Assembly: GCA_020696385.1 (NCBI GenBank)
Contig: JAEHCQ010000001.1
Location: 129,003 to 193,002 of the forward strand
DNA: 64,000 nucleotides
Origin: Methanobacteriota archaeon
GTDB lineage: Archaea > Thermoplasmatota > Thermoplasmata > SG8-5 > JAGLSY01
Direction of reading: 5' to 3'
The stretch's first letter is position 1. Each line of letters begins with the position of its first letter. The position numbers were made by a program, and so were the translations under genes. The notes under the pieces are model-generated. The model was given only the letters and a program-made list of their open reading frames with translations, ran no database searches and was not told the origin of the DNA. Shown here in pieces: positions 37,247 through 46,541 of this stretch.

Positions 37247-37420
37247 ACACTTGCATTGAGTTTTAGTTTGATATAAATAAGTTTCCATTTTAATGATTGA
37301 AAATGCATGCCAGTTAATGAAGAAAAAAACGAAAGGTTTAAGTGCGATTATATATATGTAGCATATAACGTGGTTGACCAGGTGGAGATTAGTCAACTAA
37401 ATATAAAGGAGTGAGGATAT

Positions 37421-38374
37421 ATGAAAAAATCAATACCAATTTTATTGTGTATGGTAATGCTCGTTGCATCTTTTGGTGTAATCGCAACAGATAGTGTTCC
37501 TGTAGAACAGAGTGGATCTGGAACAGTGACAATATCAAATGTTGCACCAGGATTAGACAGCATCGCGATAAACGATGGAGCATGGATAAACAGCATAGAC
37601 GTAGCTACCGAATATGATTTTTACGTGAACGTCAGTGATTCAAATGCTATAAATGATATTAAAACAGTAGTTCTGGAAATGTGGGTACCCGCAAATGAGG
37701 GTGCTGATGATCCAACATACAGGTACAAGTTCACCTATACAGAGACATTGACTGGTGATGGTGCATTAGCTGGTGCGTGGGTTCAGAATTTCCCAACAAC
37801 AGAGAACTACCTGGATGTCACAACAGCAAGCACACTGCCCGGTGATTCAGCATTAACCACTGGAAGCTACATGTTCAGTCTTACATTGAACAAGACTGCA
37901 AAATCAGGAGCATGGAGATACAATGCAACTGTTATTGACGAGAGCGGTGCTAAATCAGAGATCCCATTTGAGAACTTCGCTATCTACAAGTTCACAGAGA
38001 TGACCTATGATACAGGCGCTGGTTTCGACTTTGCATGGACATCTTCCGCAGGTCAGACCGATGTAGCAACAACATTCGACACAACGATCACAACAAACTC
38101 AGGTTACACATTGGCCGCAGCCTATGAGGACAGCTTCTACGGTGATGACCCAGCCACAACATGGTGGGGCAGCGAACCATCATTGGAGATCAAGACAGGA
38201 TCAGGTTCCAAGACAGCATTGACCAACTACACAGCGTCATTCGCAGATTGGACAACATTCCTGGGTCCAGCCTATGAACAGGTCGTAACACACACATTGT
38301 ACTTGGATGTACCAATTGGTCTTCCATCTGCATCATACACAGGCGTGACAATATACATACGCGCTTCTGTATAA
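37421..38374 (+). CDS. Secreted or cell-surface protein (Thr-rich), function unknown
   Basis: Signal peptide MKKSIPILLCMVMLVASFGVIATDS. TATA-like AAATATAAAGG and SD-like GGAGTGAGG sit upstream. Confidence 0.6.
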   Translation: MKKSIPILLCMVMLVASFGVIATDSVPVEQSGSGTVTISNVAPGLDSIAINDGAWINSIDVATEYDFYVNVSDSNAINDIKTVVLEMWVPANEGADDPTYRYKFTYTETLTGDGALAGAWVQNFPTTENYLDVTTASTLPGDSALTTGSYMFSLTLNKTAKSGAWRYNATVIDESGAKSEIPFENFAIYKFTEMTYDTGAGFDFAWTSSAGQTDVATTFDTTITTNSGYTLAAAYEDSFYGDDPATTWWGSEPSLEIKTGSGSKTALTNYTASFADWTTFLGPAYEQVVTHTLYLDVPIGLPSASYTGVTIYIRASV

Positions 38375-38393
38375 GCATAGACCTAAACTGAAT

Positions 38394-38442
38394 ACGTGCC
38401 TCATTGCAGGCACGTTCCCTTTTCTTTTTCATTTTTCTTTTT
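38394..38442 (+). terminator. Hairpin plus T-tract terminator
   Basis: ACGTGCC-tcattgca-GGCACGT followed by TCCCTTTTCTTTTTCATTTTTCTTTTT. Confidence 0.6.
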
Positions 38443-38463
38443 ATTTATTAATAATACATATAT

Positions 38464-40365
38464 ATGATAAATGGGTTAAGTGGTTCAATGCGTGGCAAAA
38501 TAACATTAATCTCAATAATGCTTATTCTATCAATGCTGATAGTCCCAGCAAGCACAGAAGCTAACTATCCATTAGGCATATCGGGAGAATCATCGTTTGT
38601 TGTACCGCCTTTCCAGGCAAAGCTACTTAATGATACTACAACGTACTTCAGACTGTATTTAGATGATACTGCACAGTCATCATTGGACATAGAGGTGGAA
38701 GTGGAAGGGGATATAGCGGATTATATTATTTTCCCGGAGTATAATGGCACATTGCCCACCTTCACGATCTATCCTGGAGATAATTTGAAGATCCCATACA
38801 TGATAGATTTCCCTGCCTCGACATCTGGAAAATACACTGGAACCATTTTGGCAATAGGTACGCCACCGCCATCACAGATCACAGGAACAGGTGCCATTGG
38901 TAAACCCGTTATGTCGATCAACTTACTTGTTGATGTACCAACCGATATTCAAATCTACAATTTCGCCGTGACCAACCCAGACGGGTTTTTGGATCAGCAA
39001 TGGAACTCATGGGGAACTGGCTGGGGCACAAGCTTTGATGTTATTAACGGAGCGAATGAGACTTTTAATGGCTACTGTAATGTGACACTCAGTGACGCAA
39101 CTAGTGTATTGGAATATGATAACTACACGATAACTAACCTTACTGCGTTGAGTGGCATTGATCCCCACACAACATCATGGCAGACTGATCTGCCCCTAGG
39201 GGCGGCGTATGCCATAAGTGCGAAGGTGTATTCAACAAACAATACTGGTTTTGATGAAGAAACTGGATCTATAGCCATTCCAACCCCAGCAGATATTATA
39301 AGTGTCAATCATCAGCCAGACATAGTATTTGGTGACGATGTTGTCACTGTCTATGCTTTACTTGCAAGCTCTGACTCGACAGTGGAATTACATTGGCAGC
39401 CAGCTGGTGGATCCGAGACAACTGCCGCCATGACCTATTCTTCCACACATGGAGAATTCATTGGCAATATACCGGAGCAAGCAGCTGACACAACGATCAA
39501 CTATTGGGTCACCTCAACTAATGGTGCATATTCTGACAGATCACCAGAAGCTGGTGCTTATTCATATTATGTATTTGTACCAGATATTTCCGACCTCGTG
39601 ATAGACGAGAACAGCATTTCATTCACACCTATTGATCCTACAGCAACCAATATGAATGAATCTGAATCAGGAACTAATATATTCGTAACAATCAGGAACA
39701 CTGGCCCAGGTGATGCTTCAGATATCCTTGTCAAGATCTATGACATGGAAGAGGAAATATTCAGCATCACAATACCAAGCCTGGCTGGCGAAGGTAATTC
39801 AGACACTGTGAACTTCAACTGGGCTCCAACCCAGGGAGTGCATAATCTGAGATTCGATGTCGATCCGGATAATACCATCCAAGAATTAAATGAGAACAAT
39901 AATGATTATTCGATCTCAGCAACCATATACGCTCCAGATCCCTCTGAGGGAGATGAGGATGATGAACCAGACGACCCCGTATCCGACAACCTCGTATTCA
40001 TAATAATCCCGCTCATAATCCTGCTCGCGGTCTTCCTATTATTATTCCTTCTGAAGAAAGGGAAGAAGATCAATGTCGTGGTGTATAAGGCCAGACCATC
40101 CAGAGCTGACAAAGAAGGAAAGATGAGATGGATATACAACTGTGGCTACGGCGATGACATCAGACTGGGAAACACAACCCCAACAACGGTCAAGGCAACC
40201 AAAGGCGATATTATCCAAGTCGATGCCCAGGGCCTTTCAGAAAGAGACGACGGCCGAATAGTTTGGCAGAGTGCGGAAGCCATCAAGCTCCAGCCAAAGC
40301 TTGACAAGGCGGATGACCCGGACAAGATCAAAAAGATGGTCGCGAAGAAAAAGAGCAAGAAGTAA
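38464..40365 (+). CDS. Surface protein with a CARDB domain, a C-terminal transmembrane anchor and a basic cytoplasmic tail
   Basis: Signal peptide (start possibly at MRGKITLISIMLILSMLIVPASTEA, 38488). CARDB-like segment DLVIDENSISFTPID...NENNNDYSISATI. C-terminal LVFIIIPLIILLAVFLLLFLLKKGKK. Confidence 0.7.
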   Translation: MINGLSGSMRGKITLISIMLILSMLIVPASTEANYPLGISGESSFVVPPFQAKLLNDTTTYFRLYLDDTAQSSLDIEVEVEGDIADYIIFPEYNGTLPTFTIYPGDNLKIPYMIDFPASTSGKYTGTILAIGTPPPSQITGTGAIGKPVMSINLLVDVPTDIQIYNFAVTNPDGFLDQQWNSWGTGWGTSFDVINGANETFNGYCNVTLSDATSVLEYDNYTITNLTALSGIDPHTTSWQTDLPLGAAYAISAKVYSTNNTGFDEETGSIAIPTPADIISVNHQPDIVFGDDVVTVYALLASSDSTVELHWQPAGGSETTAAMTYSSTHGEFIGNIPEQAADTTINYWVTSTNGAYSDRSPEAGAYSYYVFVPDISDLVIDENSISFTPIDPTATNMNESESGTNIFVTIRNTGPGDASDILVKIYDMEEEIFSITIPSLAGEGNSDTVNFNWAPTQGVHNLRFDVDPDNTIQELNENNNDYSISATIYAPDPSEGDEDDEPDDPVSDNLVFIIIPLIILLAVFLLLFLLKKGKKINVVVYKARPSRADKEGKMRWIYNCGYGDDIRLGNTTPTTVKATKGDIIQVDAQGLSERDDGRIVWQSAEAIKLQPKLDKADDPDKIKKMVAKKKSKK

Positions 40366-40468
40366 GGCCCCCAGCCAAAAAGAGCCCATACCCAACCAAT
40401 TCTTCCAACAAGATTAATAAACCACCTATCCATTCTATTAGAATATAGTTCATCATAGGTGAAGTAAC

Positions 40469-41425
40469 ATGAACATCATCGACACCGCACTGACGATATA
40501 TCTCATCATAGCCTTTCTTGTTGGTATCAAGATATTCACCGGAAGGAAGATCACCCTGAAAGCCCTCTATGACATGGGGTGCAAGTATCAGTATCATTTT
40601 TACATCATTATATCCATCATGATCATCAAGGTCTTCATCGACTGGGCGGAGGATCCTATCGAGCTGATGTTGAATATCGATTTCACACCCCTGATATACA
40701 ATCTGGAAGGCCACCGTGTTTATTACATCCAGCAGACGCTTCTCAATGATAATCTGACAACGTTTTTCGCCCTGATCTATATCGGCTCCTTCATGTTCAT
40801 CATGACCTTTTCCTTTTCCATGTTCGCATATCTTGACAAGTACAAGATCGCGAGCCAATTGGCTCTGCTGAACATCGTGCTTCTTTTCATGACAATACCA
40901 TTCTACCTGCTCGTTGTCGTGTACGTGCCATCGTATCCGAGGATGCTGTATCCTGGATCGAGCGCGATAGTCACGGGCATAGAGCCATTGCTTTACAATT
41001 ACAGCCCATTGGTGAATGAGTGGTTTGTCGGTTACGAGACCTTCAATAACTGCTTCCCATCGATGCACATCGGCTACCCGACCGCGATATTGATGATGAT
41101 GATGAGGAATGTCAAGGGTTTCAGAGGGTACAAGATATTCATGTTCTCCATGATCATCCTGATAGGCGTGGCGATCATCTATCTGGGCATACACTGGCTA
41201 ACAGACATATTCGGAGGCGTGGGGATAGCGATACTCGGTGTTTTGATTACAGAAAGGATATCTTATCCTTTCTGGAAAAAAGTTTATTTCTTTGACAAGA
41301 ACAGATCCTTCAGGCTCGAATTGCCAAAAGGTGCATTACCTGAAAAACCAGTGAAAAGCCATGAAGAAGTAGAGGTTCAGGAAAATGTGGATCTCAAAAT
41401 TGAGGATGATCTAAAAGGTCAATAG
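40469..41425 (+). CDS. PAP2-superfamily integral membrane protein (phosphatase-like, possibly polyprenyl-PP phosphatase)
   Basis: Multi-transmembrane protein. FPSMH (PSGH-like) and IHWLTDI (HxxxD). The KxxxxxxRP motif is not clear. Confidence 0.5.
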   Translation: MNIIDTALTIYLIIAFLVGIKIFTGRKITLKALYDMGCKYQYHFYIIISIMIIKVFIDWAEDPIELMLNIDFTPLIYNLEGHRVYYIQQTLLNDNLTTFFALIYIGSFMFIMTFSFSMFAYLDKYKIASQLALLNIVLLFMTIPFYLLVVVYVPSYPRMLYPGSSAIVTGIEPLLYNYSPLVNEWFVGYETFNNCFPSMHIGYPTAILMMMMRNVKGFRGYKIFMFSMIILIGVAIIYLGIHWLTDIFGGVGIAILGVLITERISYPFWKKVYFFDKNRSFRLELPKGALPEKPVKSHEEVEVQENVDLKIEDDLKGQ

Positions 41426-41440
41426 ATCCAACTAGGCTTA

Positions 41441-42607
41441 TCAATAAAATTCTTCCATCGCCCCAGAATAGAAGTCCTGGGTCTTTCGAGTGATTATATC
41501 CCAATCGAATCTTTCCAGGGATATTTCCCGGCTTCTCTTGCCCATGGTCTTTAGTTTCGCGGGGTCGTCCAGCATGATCCGAAGATTATCGGCCAGTTCC
41601 TTAGAGCTGCCTCTCTTGCACACGCGACCATTGCCATCCTGCTCCACCATCTCCGCATTGCCACCCGCATCACTGGCCATGAGCGGAGCTCCGGATGCTA
41701 AAGCTTCCAGCATCGCGATCGGGAAGACCTCCCATAAAGATGGGAGCACGAAGATATCCGCGGATGAGTAAAGATTGGGCATCTCCTCCTCTGGCACGAA
41801 GCCAGGGAATATGATATTGTTCTCCAGGCCGAGTTTTTTAACTTCCTGCATGTGCCTGTCCTTGAACTTGCCCTTGCCAGTTATCAGTAGACGGGTTTTC
41901 GGATGTTCTTTCAAAACATCCGACATGGCTTCGATGAGATATTTCAGGCCCTTCTGTTCGATTATACGCCCTACGAATATCAATAGATTGTCCATTCCGT
42001 CCTTGTACTTATCCTGATACAATGGCTCGGATGGTTTGTAGAAATTGGTATCCACGCCATTATGGATCACCGCGATCTTATCAGCAGGAATTCCGTAATT
42101 CATTATATCGACCTTCGCGGCCGCGCTGACGGATATGATCTTGTCAACATTATTGAGAACTCTTTTGCCAAAGACAGAGTCGTAAATGGAGCCTGTAAGG
42201 GATACGATCGGGCTGATTCCGAGTGGTCTTTGATTATGGAGAGTGTGTATCATCAGTTTGTTCTTCTTATTGGCATAATCCACAACGCGATTCCAGTTGG
42301 GGAACCAGCGGCCATGGAGATTGAAAGCGTCGAAGTTGATGGAATCATCCAGCTCTGTTAATTTGAACTCCACGCCTTTTGTTATGGGAAGGGGTGGTGG
42401 ATATATCACTGGGACTTTCTGATGCTTTGTTTCGAGGCGGTGGATGTTCATGCCTTCCAGAATCTCGTGCTCGACCGTATCTTCCAAGCGGGAGGTGACC
42501 ACATGGACATCTTCTGTTCTGGCCAGTCTTCGCCCCAGCTCGTACATGTGCTTTTCCGAGCCCCCGATAAAGGGATGAAAATAACCATTGACCATACAGA
42601 GCTTCAT
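41441..42607 (-). CDS. GT4-family glycosyltransferase
   Basis: FVLPSLWEVFPIAMLEALASGAPLMASDAGG, and N-terminal MKLCMVNGYFHPFIGGSEKH. Confidence 0.8.
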   Translation of the reverse strand: MKLCMVNGYFHPFIGGSEKHMYELGRRLARTEDVHVVTSRLEDTVEHEILEGMNIHRLETKHQKVPVIYPPPLPITKGVEFKLTELDDSINFDAFNLHGRWFPNWNRVVDYANKKNKLMIHTLHNQRPLGISPIVSLTGSIYDSVFGKRVLNNVDKIISVSAAAKVDIMNYGIPADKIAVIHNGVDTNFYKPSEPLYQDKYKDGMDNLLIFVGRIIEQKGLKYLIEAMSDVLKEHPKTRLLITGKGKFKDRHMQEVKKLGLENNIIFPGFVPEEEMPNLYSSADIFVLPSLWEVFPIAMLEALASGAPLMASDAGGNAEMVEQDGNGRVCKRGSSKELADNLRIMLDDPAKLKTMGKRSREISLERFDWDIITRKTQDFYSGAMEEFY

Positions 42608-42756
42608 ATGGAAATTGAGAAGGAGCCAGCACTATATTTATTTATCGTTTCATTTATGGGGCGTGCTATATGGATCCGTCTTATCATTTGTAGGCCAGCT
42701 TTTATAGATCATTTTCAAGGCAAGATGCGAATAAGTAATATAATATTGGCATCATA

Positions 42757-45700
42757 ATGTACCTTTACAGTGGAGGTGGAATTATCCAAAACAATAATGA
42801 TAAGCTTGTTGGCAGAAAGGAAGAAGCTAGACTTTTGGATGAGATCATAGACAGCTCGCTTGGCAATAAAGGGGCGGCTGTCATCATCAAGGGAGGGGCT
42901 GGTATTGGAAAGAGTAGGATCGCCTCGGAATTCGAAGAAATGGCCGAGGGCAAGGGTGTCAAGATCCTTAATGGCAGATCTGATGCTTATACCTCTAAGC
43001 CATTCCACCTTTTTTACGATATCCTTAAAGATATGGATGAAGAGCCAATGCTCAGAGACTCGGAGTTCAGTTATTTTACCAAAGTATTTGCTGTCAACAA
43101 GGCCAGTTTGCTGATAGCCGATGCCTCACCACAAGATGATGGGGGGCTTGACTCGGATATATTCGCAGGAATGCTTTCCGCTGTCCAGAGTTTTGTAAAG
43201 GACTCGTTTGACGGAGCCGGCAAGCAATCTTCTGGACTTGGAAGATTGGAATATGGTGATCTTAAGATAGTCATAGAGCATGGTCAGAGTGTGTTCCTTG
43301 CTGTTGTTTTCAGTGGAGAGGAGCACCCGAATATGAAGAACACCGTCAAACTGGCGGTCAATGATATTGATGAAGAGTGTGGTGACATCCTGGCAGAATG
43401 GAAGGGTGATATGTCCCAGGTGAAGTCCGCACAGGAGATCATTGAAAGATTGGCCAAAACCCAATTCCTGATCAGGAAGGATCTGGAAGGCGTGAAGCTC
43501 GATGCTGAGAGGGTGCGTGTGGCTGACTATGTCCTGGATCATCTAACCTCAAGCTCCAATGAACAGCCACTGGCAATTCTATTGGAGGACATACATTGGG
43601 CAGATGAATCTTCCATATTCGTTCTTCAGTATTTGATGAGAAGCATATCGGATAGGCGAATGATCATACTTGCCACACTCAGGTCTGGAGAGAATGATGG
43701 CATAGAAGAGTTCGCAGACAAGATGAGAGACGAAGGGAGCTGCATGGAGATCGCCCTTGAAAGATTGGCTTCCGAAGATATACTGGATATGATCGAGAAT
43801 ATCTTACCAGGCCATGAGCTTGATGAGAAGTTCATAAGTGGTCTCGAATCCCGATGTGAAGGAAATCCATTTTTCATACAGGAGATACTGAAGCATATGC
43901 TGTTGGATGGATCTATTGTCCAAAAAGACAAGAGATACTCATTGGTGGAGGAGGTCTATACAGTCCCTGATAATATTGAGGAACTGGTGCACAGGAAACT
44001 GGAAATGATCGAGCCAGATGCCATGACCATGCTGGAACTCTCATCATGTATAGGAAAGGAGTTTGACAGGAAGATCACCGAGTCCACAGGAGCAGTGGCG
44101 GATATTGGAGTCGCGATTAAGAAACTGGAGGATTGCGGATTGATGAGTGTGGAGAATGATATGATCAATTTCTCCCACGCCCTGTTCCAGGAAGTCATAT
44201 ATCGAGGTATTACAGATCGCTGGAAGATGGTATATCATCAGAATATCGGAGAGATATATGAATCACTATACGATCCAGATAAGGTCGTTTATGAACTGGC
44301 CCGTCATTTTTCCAGGTCGAGAGATCACAGAAAGGCCTTTGATTATTGTTCCAGAGCTGGGGAAAGGTCTGAAGCCATGTTAGCTCCTGAACAGGCCATT
44401 GATTATTATCTGGATGCGATAAAGGCATTGGACAGCATGAGGACGATCGCTGGCGCGGATGAGAGCAGGGGCGATCTTCTACTAAGATTGGGAGATGCTT
44501 ATTCATTGATCAGTGACTTCGAGAAGGCACTGGATAATTATGACATGGCCTTCAAACTGGAACCGGATATTGATACCAAGGCCATGCTTCACAGGAAGAG
44601 AGCGGGCATATTCGAAAAACGAGGAGACTATATTGATAGCAGTGTGGAATGCCAGAAGGGCCTGGATCTGCTGGATGGGAAGATGAACACCGTGGGCATT
44701 AACCTCATGCTTGCAAGATCTACGAACTTGCTCAGAACAGGATCCGTTGAAGAAGCTAGAGAGCTTGCGAACAAAGCACTCGAATTGGCAAAGGAACTGG
44801 GTGATAGAAAGATAGAAGCCAATACCTATCATTTACTCGGAAGTATGGGCCTTATAACAGGACAGTTCACAACAGCGATCGAGAGCCTTGATAGAGCGAG
44901 AGATATAAGAGAGGATATAGGGGACGAGTCTGGAGCCTCCGCCACCCTGAACAATCTGGGCATCGCCCATTATTATACTGGCGATATAAACTTAGCACTG
45001 GAATGTTATGAGAAGAGCCTGGTCATATACCAAAAGATAGGAGATAAATATGGAATGGCCTCCTTATTGAACAATATGGGAGGCTTCAGTCAGGACTTTG
45101 GGGAGCTCAGCAAAGCACTGGATTACCATATGCAGAGCATGGACATCAAGAAGCAGATAGGAGACAAATACGGAATGGCCAGCTCTTACACCAACCTTGG
45201 GATCGTGCACAGAGGTCTTGGCAAGCTGGATGAGGCACTGGAATTCAATAAGAAGGGATTGAAACTGGCCACCGAGATCGCCAATGCGAAGGAGATCGTG
45301 ATAAACATCAACAATCTCGGAGAGGCCTATCTCGAAAAGGGTGAGTACAGCATGGCGGAGGAGCAATACAAAAAGGCCATCATGCTGTGCCAGGAATGCA
45401 AGGACAAGCATCAGGAATCACATTCTCTGAGAGGGATGGCCAAGATTAATATCATGATGAAGGATGGCGAAAAAGCTGTTGAATACGCAGATGAGGCTTT
45501 GGCCTTGTCCGCGGAGATCGGATCTCAGGGCGAAGAGTGGAGATCCAGGAACATATTGGGAGGCGCACTGAGAGCTGCCAGATCATTTGATCGGGCACAG
45601 GAAGAACTGAACAAGGCTCTGGAGATACTTACAGCCACTGGAAGTAGTGAGAAGGAGCCATCGGTCATGTACGAATTCGGTCTTTTGTACAGAGATATGG

Positions 45701-45819
45701 GGAATGTGGACGAGGCAAAGAAATGTTTTTCAGCTGCCAGGAGCATCTACGATAAGAGAGGGTATGTCAGGGATGTGAACAAGATAGATAGGGAACTGGT
45801 CAATCTGGACCAGTTATAG
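42757..45819 (+). CDS. STAND/AAA_16-type P-loop NTPase with an inserted roughly 140-aa alpha/beta domain, followed by a long TPR-repeat region
   Basis: Walker A GGAGIGKS near aa 50. Walker B-like AILLEDIHWADESS near aa 270. Insert SDIFAGMLSAVQSFVKDSF...LEYGDLKIVIEHGQSVFLAVVFSGEEH. The C-terminal 450 aa contain TPR-like repeats (YGMASLLNNMGGFSQDFGELSKALDYH...). Confidence 0.7.
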   Translation: MYLYSGGGIIQNNNDKLVGRKEEARLLDEIIDSSLGNKGAAVIIKGGAGIGKSRIASEFEEMAEGKGVKILNGRSDAYTSKPFHLFYDILKDMDEEPMLRDSEFSYFTKVFAVNKASLLIADASPQDDGGLDSDIFAGMLSAVQSFVKDSFDGAGKQSSGLGRLEYGDLKIVIEHGQSVFLAVVFSGEEHPNMKNTVKLAVNDIDEECGDILAEWKGDMSQVKSAQEIIERLAKTQFLIRKDLEGVKLDAERVRVADYVLDHLTSSSNEQPLAILLEDIHWADESSIFVLQYLMRSISDRRMIILATLRSGENDGIEEFADKMRDEGSCMEIALERLASEDILDMIENILPGHELDEKFISGLESRCEGNPFFIQEILKHMLLDGSIVQKDKRYSLVEEVYTVPDNIEELVHRKLEMIEPDAMTMLELSSCIGKEFDRKITESTGAVADIGVAIKKLEDCGLMSVENDMINFSHALFQEVIYRGITDRWKMVYHQNIGEIYESLYDPDKVVYELARHFSRSRDHRKAFDYCSRAGERSEAMLAPEQAIDYYLDAIKALDSMRTIAGADESRGDLLLRLGDAYSLISDFEKALDNYDMAFKLEPDIDTKAMLHRKRAGIFEKRGDYIDSSVECQKGLDLLDGKMNTVGINLMLARSTNLLRTGSVEEARELANKALELAKELGDRKIEANTYHLLGSMGLITGQFTTAIESLDRARDIREDIGDESGASATLNNLGIAHYYTGDINLALECYEKSLVIYQKIGDKYGMASLLNNMGGFSQDFGELSKALDYHMQSMDIKKQIGDKYGMASSYTNLGIVHRGLGKLDEALEFNKKGLKLATEIANAKEIVININNLGEAYLEKGEYSMAEEQYKKAIMLCQECKDKHQESHSLRGMAKINIMMKDGEKAVEYADEALALSAEIGSQGEEWRSRNILGGALRAARSFDRAQEELNKALEILTATGSSEKEPSVMYEFGLLYRDMGNVDEAKKCFSAARSIYDKRGYVRDVNKIDRELVNLDQL

Positions 45820-46396
45820 TATCTTCCCCGGCTCCATCGATCCTCTTCTTGTAAACATAGGATGAGAGAAAGCTGAGGCCGATGATGATGAAAAGAGATA
45901 TCAATGTGAATTTCTGAGCGACTTCTGCCTCGAACTGGATATTGAGGAAGCCTATCAGGGCGAATAAAGCCCCATACTTGGCCAATCCGCCTATCAACAG
46001 ATATGACATGGACTTCCAGTAGTTCCACTCACAAACTGCGATAAAAGCGCCTGTAAAGGGCACTATGGGAGCCACCCTGTTGATAAGAATTATGCGCTCA
46101 TCCTTCAGGAATATGAACTCGGTCCATTTCTTCATTGCTTTTTTGATAAAGTCAGGGAGCTTGGCTTTCTTCACCAGGCCATATAGTAAGGAATTCCCGG
46201 TGAACTCCGCTGCTACAGCTGTAATTAATAGAATAATTCCCCATCCCAGCGTGGGGTCGAGGAGAAAGGCCAGTGTGGCGAATACCTCGGGCAATGCGGG
46301 AAACACAGCGGCATCGATGACCAGGATTATGAATATGCCTACCAGGGCGTACATCATCCCATGGTCCAGGAACCAGTCGAAGAGGCTTTCGAACAT
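45800..46396 (-). CDS. DedA/SNARE-associated (TVP38-like) membrane protein
   Basis: Transmembrane-rich 198 aa with LINRVAPIVPFTGAFIAVCEW, resembling the DedA core. It overlaps the 3' end of the convergent STAND gene by 20 nt. Confidence 0.55.
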   Translation of the reverse strand: MFESLFDWFLDHGMMYALVGIFIILVIDAAVFPALPEVFATLAFLLDPTLGWGIILLITAVAAEFTGNSLLYGLVKKAKLPDFIKKAMKKWTEFIFLKDERIILINRVAPIVPFTGAFIAVCEWNYWKSMSYLLIGGLAKYGALFALIGFLNIQFEAEVAQKFTLISLFIIIGLSFLSSYVYKKRIDGAGEDTITGPD

Positions 46397-46447
46397 CAGG
46401 ACTGGATGTTTATGTGTTCATATAAGGATATTGGGTCATCTTTGGTA

Positions 46448-46541
46448 TCAAGCCTCATACACATTCAGTGCCTTTACATTAGTAAACACTTATGTCAAGC
46501 CTCATACACATTCAGAGCCTTGATATTTGTAAATTCTCTGA
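46448..46541. repeat. Tandem 47-bp duplication of the 3' terminus of the aldehyde dehydrogenase gene
   Basis: 46495..46521 (TCAAGCCTCATACACATTCAGAGCCTT, the real stop plus last codons) and 46448..46474 (TCAAGCCTCATACACATTCAGTGCCTT). Both encode ...KALNVYEA-stop on the minus strand. Confidence 0.85.

Noticed and set aside
40328-41194. 288-aa His/Asp-rich minus-strand ORF
   Set aside because: It is antisense to the plus-strand PAP2-like membrane protein, which has coherent transmembrane helices and phosphatase motifs. The minus frame has odd composition (HHHHQYRGR).
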